Part shown: positions 20,045-28,745 of the stretch, one piece after another | How positions within the stretch are numbered: position 1 is the first letter of the stretch | Layout of the letters: each line of letters starts with the position of its first letter | Assembly: GCA_966211705.1 (NCBI GenBank) | Contig: CBIHOC010000010.1 | Span: 8,339 to 72,338, forward strand | Length of the DNA: 64,000 bases | Reading direction: 5' to 3' | Source: an uncultured Chryseobacterium sp. | GTDB taxonomy: Bacteria; Bacteroidota; Bacteroidia; Palsa-965 | The notes under the pieces: generated by a model | Database searches by the model: none | What the model was told of the DNA's origin: nothing | What the model saw: only the letters and a program-made list of their open reading frames with translations | Made by a program: the position numbers and the translations under genes

Positions 20045-20203
20045 ATGCCTATTGAAATCAGGGAATTGGTTATTAAAGCTGTCGTCAATAACGAAGCGAA
20101 GGGAGAAGGCGGAGCGCCGTCTGCTCCCGGGCCTGCAGAGGATGTCGTGCAGGTGAGCATGGAGCAAATAAGTGAAATGAAACGTAAGGAAAAAGAGAGG
20201 TAG
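20045..20203 (+). CDS. Small 52-aa protein (MPIEIRELVIKAVVNNEAKGEGG...). Candidate Afp6/Pvc6-like small eCIS component, absent from the supplied ORF track.
   Basis: ATG at 20045 is 13 bp after the tube stop. In-frame stop TAG at 20201-20203 lies just before the LysM gene start. Location matches that of the small Afp6/Pvc6 proteins in canonical eCIS operons. Confidence 0.4.
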   Translation: MPIEIRELVIKAVVNNEAKGEGGAPSAPGPAEDVVQVSMEQISEMKRKEKER

Positions 20204-20206
20204 CTT

Positions 20207-20965
20207 ATGAGCAGCGCAACAGGAATGTTGGAAAAAATGACAATCGTCGCGTTTTCGGATGCAGAGCTGCAAACCGAAACCGAATCGTTTGTCGTGATGT
20301 TCAATCCGACTACGTTTTCAGTAAATCACTCCAACTCGTACGACCAATTTGCAAAGCCGGTCAAAGGAGTGGCCGACCAGAAACAGCTGAAGCGAAACCC
20401 GCGTACGCTGAGCCTGGAACTGTTCTTTGATGGAACCGGGGTGACTGATTTCTCCGGAACAGGCAGGACCGGCGCCAGCCAGGTATCGGTATCATCGACT
20501 GCTCCTGCGAATTCAAGGGTTGTGGAGGAGTCGCTGGTTGACGCCAACGTAAACACATTTCTCAAAGTCACTTACGACATTGACAGCACCGAACACCGTA
20601 CACCTTTCCTTGTATTTGTATGGGGCAGTTTTTTGTTTGCAGGCGTCCTCGAATCAGCCAACGTTACCTATTCGCTTTTCGACAGTAACGGTAGAAGCCT
20701 GAGAGCGAAGGTCAGTCTCAGCGTTAAAGAGCACATTACGGACAAAAAGCTCACCAAAGTCCTCAAGCTCGAATCGCCGGACCTTACGCAGTCGCGTGTC
20801 GTAATTGCGGGGGATACGTTACCCAACCTCGCCAAAAAACTATACGGTGACGAAAGGCTGTACGTGGAACTGGCCAAGGCAAATAAACTTCGTAATTACC
20901 GGAAACTGGTCCCCGGGCAAAAATTGATCTTTCCACCCATTGAGAAAATTGCGAAGAAAGCATGA
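20207..20965 (+). CDS. Tube initiator/baseplate hub with N-terminal tube-like domain and C-terminal LysM domain (Afp7/Pvc7-like).
   Basis: C-terminus carries the LysM motif VIAGDTLPNLAKKLYGDERLYVELAKANKLRNYRKLVPGQKLIFP. N-terminus resembles a tube fold. Confidence 0.7.
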   Translation: MSSATGMLEKMTIVAFSDAELQTETESFVVMFNPTTFSVNHSNSYDQFAKPVKGVADQKQLKRNPRTLSLELFFDGTGVTDFSGTGRTGASQVSVSSTAPANSRVVEESLVDANVNTFLKVTYDIDSTEHRTPFLVFVWGSFLFAGVLESANVTYSLFDSNGRSLRAKVSLSVKEHITDKKLTKVLKLESPDLTQSRVVIAGDTLPNLAKKLYGDERLYVELAKANKLRNYRKLVPGQKLIFPPIEKIAKKA

Positions 20966-22710
20966 CAGCGAGCAGAGAAATACCGACACAGGATACTACG
21001 GATCTTTCGACATTTCGCATTCTTGTCGAAGGAGAAGAGCTTGATTCGAAATTCCAGGTATCCTCGATTGTTGTCCACAAACAAGTCAACAAAATTCCGA
21101 CCGCGCAATTAACGCTTGTTGACGGAGATGCTTCAAAGCAGGACTTCGAAGCCAGCAGCTCCGACGTGCTCGTCCCGGGAAAAGAAGTGACCATTAAATT
21201 AGGTTACCATTCCAAAGAGGATATTGTTTTTAAGGGCCTGATCATCCGGCATGGCATCAAGACCAGCGGCGCAAAACCTTCGATGCTCACATTAGAACTC
21301 AAGGACGCGGCTGTAAAAATGACAACGGCCCGGAAAAACAAGTATTTCTCGGAAATTAAAGACAGTGACGCCATCGAAGAGATCATTGAAGCGGCCGGGC
21401 TGGAAAGCGATGTAACTGCGACCAGCACGGAACACGCGGAAATGATCCAGTACTACACAAGCGATTGGGATTTTATCGTTTCCCGCGCCGATGTCAACGG
21501 CTTGCTTGTTTTCGCTGATGACGGAACAGTCACGGTCAAAGCGCCCGGGATCGGGGAACCGCTGGTTACGCTCGCTTACGGGGATAACATCTATGAATTC
21601 GAAGCGCAGATCGATGCACGTGATCAGTACACTTCCGTCAAATCATCCGCCTGGAGTTATACAGACCAGGCTATTGTGTCGGAAGACGGCAGCGCCACTC
21701 TTGACGAAGCAGGCGAGCTTACAACGAACAACCTGGCCGAAGTGTTAAGCACGAATTTCGAGCTGCAGCATACGGCCAAGCTCTCAAACGGCGAGCTGTC
21801 TCAATGGGCGAACGCAAAACTGCTCCGCAGCAAGCTCGCAAAGATCCAGGGAAGAGTGAAGATCGTGGGCTTCAGCGACATCAAACCGGGCGATACCATC
21901 CGCCTTGAACAATTCGGGAAGAATTTCAACGGGGATGTTTTTGTTTCAGAAGTCATGCACCAGATGAGCCCGGACAGCGCATGGTACACCGACATTCAAT
22001 TTGGCCTGTCGCAGGAATCCTATGCGCATAAGTACCCCGATATCGTCGAGCGCCCTGCCGCCGGTCTTCTTCCGGGCATAGGAGGATTGCACATCGCAAT
22101 CGTCACCCAAATCGAGGATGATCCCGATTCCGAATTTCGCGTCAAGATCCGCATTCCTATGATCAGCGCTGAAGATGAAGGCTCATGGGCGCGCATCGCT
22201 ACACTCGACGCCGGTAATGCGCGCGGGTCATTTTTCCGCCCGGAAGTGAACGACGAGGTTGTTGTAGGATTTCTTAACGACGACCCGCGCAGCCCCATTA
22301 TTCTCGGAATGTTACACAGCAGCGCGCTGGCCGCTCCACTTACACCAACAGCCGACAATTACCAGAAAGGTTTTTTTACCCGCGAAAACATCCAGCTCCT
22401 GTTCGACGACGAAAAGAAATCTGTTACCATCAAAACTCCCGGTGAAAACTCCATAGTGATCAGTGACGATGAAAAGTCAATCGTCATCATGGACCAAAAC
22501 AACAACAAATTTGAACTGAACAAAGACGGCATCAACATGGAAAGCGGAAAAGACATTACGATCAAGGCTGCTTCCGGGGATGTTACAATAGAAGCATTGA
22601 ATATTACGCTTAGCGCAGATTCGCAGTTTAAAGCAGAAGGCAATAGCGGGGTGGAGATGAGCAGCAGCGCAAACGCGGTGCTCAAAGGAGGAATTGTACA
22701 GATCAATTAA
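20962..22710 (+). CDS. VgrG/gp27-gp5-like central spike (Afp8/Pvc8-like).
   Basis: Typical gp5 OB-fold segment WARIATLDAGNARGSFFRPEVNDEVVVGFLNDDPRSPIILGMLHS. C-terminal beta-helical region with repeat-like segments. Confidence 0.8.
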   Translation: MTASREIPTQDTTDLSTFRILVEGEELDSKFQVSSIVVHKQVNKIPTAQLTLVDGDASKQDFEASSSDVLVPGKEVTIKLGYHSKEDIVFKGLIIRHGIKTSGAKPSMLTLELKDAAVKMTTARKNKYFSEIKDSDAIEEIIEAAGLESDVTATSTEHAEMIQYYTSDWDFIVSRADVNGLLVFADDGTVTVKAPGIGEPLVTLAYGDNIYEFEAQIDARDQYTSVKSSAWSYTDQAIVSEDGSATLDEAGELTTNNLAEVLSTNFELQHTAKLSNGELSQWANAKLLRSKLAKIQGRVKIVGFSDIKPGDTIRLEQFGKNFNGDVFVSEVMHQMSPDSAWYTDIQFGLSQESYAHKYPDIVERPAAGLLPGIGGLHIAIVTQIEDDPDSEFRVKIRIPMISAEDEGSWARIATLDAGNARGSFFRPEVNDEVVVGFLNDDPRSPIILGMLHSSALAAPLTPTADNYQKGFFTRENIQLLFDDEKKSVTIKTPGENSIVISDDEKSIVIMDQNNNKFELNKDGINMESGKDITIKAASGDVTIEALNITLSADSQFKAEGNSGVEMSSSANAVLKGGIVQIN

Positions 22711-22722
22711 CAACGACCTCAG

Positions 22723-22992
22723 ATGGCCGGCAAACCCGCAGCAAGACTTACAGATACAATGGCCGACGGAGGGATCATCACCGGTCCTGGTGACGCGACC
22801 GTTATGATCGGGGGAATGCCTGCGGCTGTGCTTGGCGATTCGCTAACATGGCCTGCAGGACAATCAACCGCAACATTCACGCTCGGGAGCACGACCGTCC
22901 TGATCGGCGGTAAACCCGCGATCCGCGTTGGCGACATGTCTTCCGGGGGAACATCAGCAGTAGTCGGCAAACCGACAGTTTTAATCGGATAA
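22723..22992 (+). CDS. PAAR-repeat spike tip protein (Afp10-like).
   Basis: 89 aa with triplicated PAAR-like motifs (GGIITGPGD, GMPAAVLGDS, GKPAIRVGDMSSGG). Confidence 0.8.
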   Translation: MAGKPAARLTDTMADGGIITGPGDATVMIGGMPAAVLGDSLTWPAGQSTATFTLGSTTVLIGGKPAIRVGDMSSGGTSAVVGKPTVLIG

Positions 22993-22997
22993 TTATT

Positions 22998-23429
22998 ATG
23001 GCAGAAAATAAGTTTATAAAAAGCAGCGCTGCGTTTCTCGGGAGAGGCTGGGGATTTCCTGTCACTTTTTCCCGCGGCATCAACGGTGTCAGCATGGTGG
23101 AAAGCGAAGAAGATATTCGGAGCAGCCTTGAGCTTCTTCTTGCAACAGCACTCGGTGAGCGCGTTATGCAACCGGGATATGGCTGCAATCTCGACAAGCT
23201 GATTTTTGAACCGCTCGACACGACATTCAGCACATTTATCACGGACCAGATACGAACAGCCGTTTTATATAATGAGCCCCGCGTGACACTGGAAACTGTG
23301 AATTATTTCCTGGATAACCTTGCAGGCCGCATTGATATCTCGATCGATTATACAATTGTGGCAACGAATAACAGGGCCAACCTGGTCTACCCATTCTATC
23401 TCAACGAAGGAACTGACATTTCACAATGA
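22998..23429 (+). CDS. gp25-like baseplate wedge protein (GPW_gp25 family, Afp9-like).
   Basis: GRGWGFPV...EEDIRSSLELLLATALGERVMQPGYGC signature of gp25/lysozyme-like baseplate proteins. Confidence 0.8.
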   Translation: MAENKFIKSSAAFLGRGWGFPVTFSRGINGVSMVESEEDIRSSLELLLATALGERVMQPGYGCNLDKLIFEPLDTTFSTFITDQIRTAVLYNEPRVTLETVNYFLDNLAGRIDISIDYTIVATNNRANLVYPFYLNEGTDISQ

Positions 23430-26400
23430 GCGAAGACTGCAACAATACCAGACACCCACTGCTTCGCGACGGTACAAGCCAGCAGCAACGGCTCCTCAAA
23501 GCCCTGCTCCCTTCTTATGTATCGGTGGACGAGCGAAGCATGGACGATCTCATCGCGTTTGCAAAGAAATACGCGGAGGAGATCCACTTTTACGACCAGG
23601 ACAATCTCACGAACGGCAACTGGGTTGAATTTTTTCAGCATGCCGTTGATGCGCAGAACCAGGAGACCGAACCGCACTACGCGCTTTTTATCGCGTTCCT
23701 CGACCTCTTCCGCGTCGCGCAGGACGACCTGAACACGATCACGCAGCGCCACCTCGATTTCTATTACCGCGAGGTGCTGCAGTTGAAAGAAAAGCCCGCT
23801 GTACCGGACCAGGTGTACGTGATCTTCAAGCTGGCCAAACAGGTCGCTTCCGGGCTGGCGGAAGAAGGCACGCTGCTCAACGCGGGAAAAGACGCGACCG
23901 GCGTGAACCTGAGCTACGACACCGATGAAAATATTGTCGTCAACAAAGGCGCGATCCAGGAACTGAAAGCGGTGTTCGCTGAAAAAACGCCGCAGCACAG
24001 GATCTATGGCTCGCCGGTTGCGAATTCTTCCGACGGCATCGGCGGCGAACTGACCGGCGACGAGCTGAAGTGGCGCACGTTCGGACGTAATCAACCCGTG
24101 GGCCCGGCAGACCGGCCGCAGGGGGAAGTTGGTTTTGCGTTCGCGTCGCCGATCCTTTTCATGGAAGAAGGAAAGCGCACGGTGACGATCAAGTTGACAT
24201 TTGCCCCGGCGCCATCCGGGCTTACGGCAGCGATGCTGGCAAATGCCTTCCGCATGCAGCTCAGCGGCGAAGAGGAATGGCTCACGCCGGAAGACCCGGC
24301 GAATGTTGTGCTTGTTTCGGGCAACCAGGTCACGATCGAGCGTACGCTGACGGAAGCGCAACCTCCTGTTGTAGCTTACGATGCGGAAAACCTGGGACAG
24401 TTGTTCCAGACTTCCTGGCCGGTAGTGAAAATTGTGCTGAACAATGATCCTGCTGTTTCATTCGCCTATAATAGCCTGAAAGGACTTGTGCTGTCCGGCG
24501 CGGAGATTAAGGTGAACGTCCGTGGCGTGAAGAACCTGACGTTATTCAACGACGACGCGAAACTGAAAGCGGATAAACCGTTCCTGCCGTTTACAAGCAG
24601 ACCGTTAATTGGTTCTACCCTTTACATTGGCAGTACAGAGGTTTTTTCAAAAAAAATAGATTCTCTCGGTATCGATCTTACCTGGCACGGGCTACCCTTT
24701 GCTCCGAATGGATTCTGGAACCATTATCACAATTACATTCCTGCCGTTGATAATCTTAACAGAACGAACGCCGGATTTAAAGCCAATATCAGTTTGCTCG
24801 ACGGAAAGAAATGGAACTATATTTCTACAGAGCGACTTTTTGCGGAACAAAACTCAGTTACGCTCGCCGTTGAAGATATTGAGATTCAAACCAGGGGACT
24901 TGAGCCTTATGTTGGCATTGTTGGGCCTAATTCACAAGCTCTGCCTCCCGCTCCTATCATTCTGATGGCTATTCCCACTTTCCGATTGAGTGAGTTGAAG
25001 CATATAAGCATTTCAGGGAATAGCACACTCTCATCGATCCCCCGCGATGCATCAATGGCTCCTGCAAAAGCGATCGATTCAACCACATTCAAAGGATTTG
25101 TCAAACTCGAGCTTACGGGTGCGGATTTCGGACATAAAGATTATCCGTTGTCCGTCACCCAGCAAGTCGTGCAGGCTGTTATCGATGAAACTGTACCCGC
25201 TATTGTAAACGAACCCTACACACCTACCATAAAAGAAATTTCGCTTAACTACACCTCCTCCGTCTCCATCTCTTTTCCGAACGACGAAACCGCATTCAAC
25301 GATCGCATCGAACAATTCTACCACGTTCAGCCGTTCGGCGTATGCGAAATGCACCCGTTCACGTTCGTCCCTTCCACGCCATCGCTCACGCTCCTGCCCC
25401 AGTTCAACGACGAAGGCAACCTCTACATCGGCGTCAGCGGGCTTAAGCCGGCACAGGTGCTCAACGTCCTCTTCAAAGTGGCGGACGGAAGCGCGAATCC
25501 CGACCTCAATACCCAAGAGGTGAAGTGGAGCTACATGGTGCGCAACCAGTGGGTGGAATTCCCGGCGCTGAAAGTATTGGCCGACGGTACGAAAGGTTTG
25601 CTGAATTCGGGCATCGTCATCTTCGATGTTCCGTCGGAAGCGACGAGCGACAATACCGTGCTTACTCCCGGCCTGCACTGGCTCCGCGCGAGCGTTGAAA
25701 ACGAGTCGGGCGCGGTATGCGACCTGATCAACCTTCATGCGCAGGCGGTAACGGCGACGTTCGCGGATAAAGGGAACGATCCTGAACATTTGCGCCAGGC
25801 CCTTCCCGCGGAAACGATCGCCAAGCTCCGCGAAAGCGACGCGCGGTTCTCCTCCGTAGCACAACCTTATGCTTCTTTCGGCGGTAAAGTAAAGGAGCAA
25901 AGCAACGACTTCTACCTGCGCGTGAGCGAACGCCTGCGTCACAAACATCGCGCGGTGACGATCTGGGATTACGAACACCTCGTGCTCGAAAAATTCCCTT
26001 CGGTTTACAAAGTGAAATGCATCAGCCACACGGAAGACAACCAACTGAATTATTCCGAGCTGGCCCCGGGGCACGTCACGCTGATCGCAGTCTCCAACCT
26101 GCGCAACAAAAACCTGGTCAACCCGCTCCAGCCGAAAACAAGCCTCGGCACGCTGCAGGACATCAAAGATTACATTTCAACGCTCACTTCCTGGTGGGTC
26201 GAGCTCGACGTGCGCAATCCATTGTTCGATGAGGTCCGCGTGACGTTCAATGTTCGCTTCCTCCCGGGATTCGACAACGGGTTCTACGGCAGCCAGCTCC
26301 AGGACGATATCAAAAAGTTCCTGTCGCCGTGGGCATACGAAGGCAGCAAAGACCTTTCGTTCGGCGGACGCGTTCACCGTTCCGTGATCCTGAATTTCGT

Positions 26401-26758
26401 GGAAGAGCTCGAATACGTCGACTTCGTCACCTGCTTCCGCATGGACATGATCACTTCCGGCAACGTAGTGCTGCCGAACATCGAAGAAGCAATACCTGTG
26501 AATGCCGCGTCGGTCCTTGTTTCAGCGACAACGCATTTCATCACGGTGCTCGAAACCGAAGATTGCGAATGCAACGAGAACACGGTGGTGGTCGACCAGC
26601 TCCGCCCTGCAGACGATGTCTCCTGCGACGTGCGCGGCGTACAGCCGCCGGAAGACGGCATCGGCTCGGAAACGATCGGCGACGACTTCATCGTAGGCGA
26701 TCCGCCGCAGTCGGGCATCAACTTCTTCCAGATCGAAAACGATTTTACCATTGATTAA
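23426..26758 (+). CDS. Baseplate J/gp6-like wedge protein (Afp11-like), 1110 aa.
   Basis: Position immediately after gp25 and large size. Assignment rests on position and size rather than a recognised motif. Confidence 0.65.
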   Translation: MSEDCNNTRHPLLRDGTSQQQRLLKALLPSYVSVDERSMDDLIAFAKKYAEEIHFYDQDNLTNGNWVEFFQHAVDAQNQETEPHYALFIAFLDLFRVAQDDLNTITQRHLDFYYREVLQLKEKPAVPDQVYVIFKLAKQVASGLAEEGTLLNAGKDATGVNLSYDTDENIVVNKGAIQELKAVFAEKTPQHRIYGSPVANSSDGIGGELTGDELKWRTFGRNQPVGPADRPQGEVGFAFASPILFMEEGKRTVTIKLTFAPAPSGLTAAMLANAFRMQLSGEEEWLTPEDPANVVLVSGNQVTIERTLTEAQPPVVAYDAENLGQLFQTSWPVVKIVLNNDPAVSFAYNSLKGLVLSGAEIKVNVRGVKNLTLFNDDAKLKADKPFLPFTSRPLIGSTLYIGSTEVFSKKIDSLGIDLTWHGLPFAPNGFWNHYHNYIPAVDNLNRTNAGFKANISLLDGKKWNYISTERLFAEQNSVTLAVEDIEIQTRGLEPYVGIVGPNSQALPPAPIILMAIPTFRLSELKHISISGNSTLSSIPRDASMAPAKAIDSTTFKGFVKLELTGADFGHKDYPLSVTQQVVQAVIDETVPAIVNEPYTPTIKEISLNYTSSVSISFPNDETAFNDRIEQFYHVQPFGVCEMHPFTFVPSTPSLTLLPQFNDEGNLYIGVSGLKPAQVLNVLFKVADGSANPDLNTQEVKWSYMVRNQWVEFPALKVLADGTKGLLNSGIVIFDVPSEATSDNTVLTPGLHWLRASVENESGAVCDLINLHAQAVTATFADKGNDPEHLRQALPAETIAKLRESDARFSSVAQPYASFGGKVKEQSNDFYLRVSERLRHKHRAVTIWDYEHLVLEKFPSVYKVKCISHTEDNQLNYSELAPGHVTLIAVSNLRNKNLVNPLQPKTSLGTLQDIKDYISTLTSWWVELDVRNPLFDEVRVTFNVRFLPGFDNGFYGSQLQDDIKKFLSPWAYEGSKDLSFGGRVHRSVILNFVEELEYVDFVTCFRMDMITSGNVVLPNIEEAIPVNAASVLVSATTHFITVLETEDCECNENTVVVDQLRPADDVSCDVRGVQPPEDGIGSETIGDDFIVGDPPQSGINFFQIENDFTID

Positions 26759-26778
26759 AAAATAAAAAACATCGCTCC

Positions 26779-28512
26779 ATGCCTATCGAACCAAGAGAAA
26801 AACTCAAGCTATACTTCGGAAACGGTGCTCAGCCCGTCCAGGAAAATTTCTGGAACTGGATCGATTCCTTTATTCACCAGACGGAGGACGGGATCACGAG
26901 CTGGACCGCACCCGACGGCAGCAAGTTGATCGGGATTGGAATCCCTCAGCCGGAGGGACCGCTCAGTATCAAAGCGATCGGCGCCGGCGAACGGCTCATG
27001 AGCTTTCACCGCGCCGATGGGCGTGCAATGTGGTTCCTGAACCTTCTTCCGGCAGGCGATGCGCCGGGTTTCAATATCCTGCGTTCAACGGCAGCGGGAA
27101 ACCTGTCAAGCCTCTTCATCGAGGAAAAGACAGGCTGGATCGGTCTCGGGAGCCTTGCGCCGTCGCGCCAGCTGCACCTGCGCGCGAACATGCCGTCGGA
27201 CCTTACCGCGCTGAGGCTGGAAAATATCTCGGCGCTGCATCCCGGCTGGATCGTTGGCCATAAGCACGACGGAAGCGTTGCCGCAAAAAACGGCGCATTC
27301 TCCATCTCTTCGGAACGTACCGCCGAACCCGGCGCTGTTCCCCTGGAACGTTTGACCATTTTGCCGCAGGGCTACGTCGGCATCAATGCGTTCACGCCTG
27401 AAACCTACTTCCACGTAGGCGGCGATGCGGCGCTTGCTTCTTCTTACGTAGCGCTCCTGCCGAACACCGGCCTCGCCCAGTTCGGGCCCGTCACCAAGAG
27501 CGTGGTCATCGACCCGGAAACCGTGCAGGCGCGTGTCGCCACGGATACAGGCGGAGGCGTGTACGATTTCGATCCTTCCACGCTGCATCTCCAGAAACTC
27601 GGCGGCGATCTCGAGATCCACGCCGGCACCGGTATTCCCGAAGACGAGCAGGTCGTGATCCGCAGCAACGGCCGCGTCGGCCTCGGTGAAACGACACCGC
27701 TCGCAAAGCTTCACATCAACGGAAGAGCGATTTTCGGCGACAGCGCTACGGATGAGCCCGTGGAAGGCGCCGTCCGCTGGACCGGGGGAGACCTCGAAGT
27801 ATTCGACGGCACAAATTGGGTGTCGCTCACCGGTGGCGCAGGCTACTGGATCGAGGCAGGCGTAGACAAGATCACTTACAACCCGGCGGATGCACAGGTC
27901 GGCATCGGCGTCGCTGTTCCCACCGCAGCGCTCGATGTGCAGAACAATACCGATTCGCTGACCGGCAGCGTCGGCGCCAACATCGTTAACCTGGGCCGCA
28001 CGACGGGCACCGGTCCCGATGACATGCGCCTGGGACTGCGCGTCTTCAACGACGGCTCCTGGAGCTCCATCCCGTCTGCGAAGAACATCGGCCTGTATGC
28101 CGGCGCGCTCGGGCAGGAAAACAGGAACGCGAACATCGCTGCAGTGCTCGACGGGAACGTCGTTATTGGCGGACTGGTCAGCGGCGCAGACATGGTAGGA
28201 ACGAACGGGGAAAAAGTCCTCGTCCTGCAGAATGCGACCGTTCCCTCGACCCAGGTCGGCGGGGCCGGCGCGCGCGACAGGGGCGTGCAGATCTACTCCG
28301 ACAGGAATGCCGCCGGTATTTCCGTATTCCACGTCATGAACGGCGACGGCACGTCGAACATCGTCAAGCTTTTCCGCTCACCCGCGTTGCCTGTCGCCGA
28401 CAACACAGTGATCGACGACGTGTACGATGCGACGGAAATGAATGTCATCAATAACCTCCGCGAGCGTGTGAACGCGATCGAAACGATACTGCGCAACCTC
28501 GGACTGCTTTAG
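26779..28512 (+). CDS. Putative baseplate/tail-fiber-like protein, 577 aa.
   Basis: Gly-rich beta-strand repeats typical of fibre or spike proteins (GDLEIHAGTG..., GDLEVFDGTNWVSLTG). Located within the baseplate block. Confidence 0.5.
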   Translation: MPIEPREKLKLYFGNGAQPVQENFWNWIDSFIHQTEDGITSWTAPDGSKLIGIGIPQPEGPLSIKAIGAGERLMSFHRADGRAMWFLNLLPAGDAPGFNILRSTAAGNLSSLFIEEKTGWIGLGSLAPSRQLHLRANMPSDLTALRLENISALHPGWIVGHKHDGSVAAKNGAFSISSERTAEPGAVPLERLTILPQGYVGINAFTPETYFHVGGDAALASSYVALLPNTGLAQFGPVTKSVVIDPETVQARVATDTGGGVYDFDPSTLHLQKLGGDLEIHAGTGIPEDEQVVIRSNGRVGLGETTPLAKLHINGRAIFGDSATDEPVEGAVRWTGGDLEVFDGTNWVSLTGGAGYWIEAGVDKITYNPADAQVGIGVAVPTAALDVQNNTDSLTGSVGANIVNLGRTTGTGPDDMRLGLRVFNDGSWSSIPSAKNIGLYAGALGQENRNANIAAVLDGNVVIGGLVSGADMVGTNGEKVLVLQNATVPSTQVGGAGARDRGVQIYSDRNAAGISVFHVMNGDGTSNIVKLFRSPALPVADNTVIDDVYDATEMNVINNLRERVNAIETILRNLGLL

Positions 28513-28536
28513 TATGAATTGTAACCGATATCGAAT

Positions 28537-28731
28537 ATGAAAGACCTTAAACTCCAACTCTCCGTCAGCGAAGTCAATCTTGTGCTGAAAGCGCTCGGCA
28601 ACCTGCCTTATTACCAGGTATGCACCCTGATCGATAAGATCCAGGGACAGGGCAATCTCCAGATCACGCCACCGAACGGCAACGGTCACGACGTCGAGCA
28701 CAAAGCAGAAAATACGATTCATCATTCTTAA
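28537..28731 (+). CDS. Small hypothetical protein, 64 aa.
   Basis: Fills the 233-bp gap between two large same-strand genes. Weak evidence. Confidence 0.3.
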   Translation: MKDLKLQLSVSEVNLVLKALGNLPYYQVCTLIDKIQGQGNLQITPPNGNGHDVEHKAENTIHHS

Positions 28732-28745
28732 TTCCCGACCGTATT

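Noticed and set aside
25079-26074. 331-aa antisense ORF within the baseplate J gene.
   Set aside because: Antisense artefact. Arg-rich.
27106-28332. 408-aa antisense ORF within 26779-28512.
   Set aside because: Antisense artefact of a high-GC gene.
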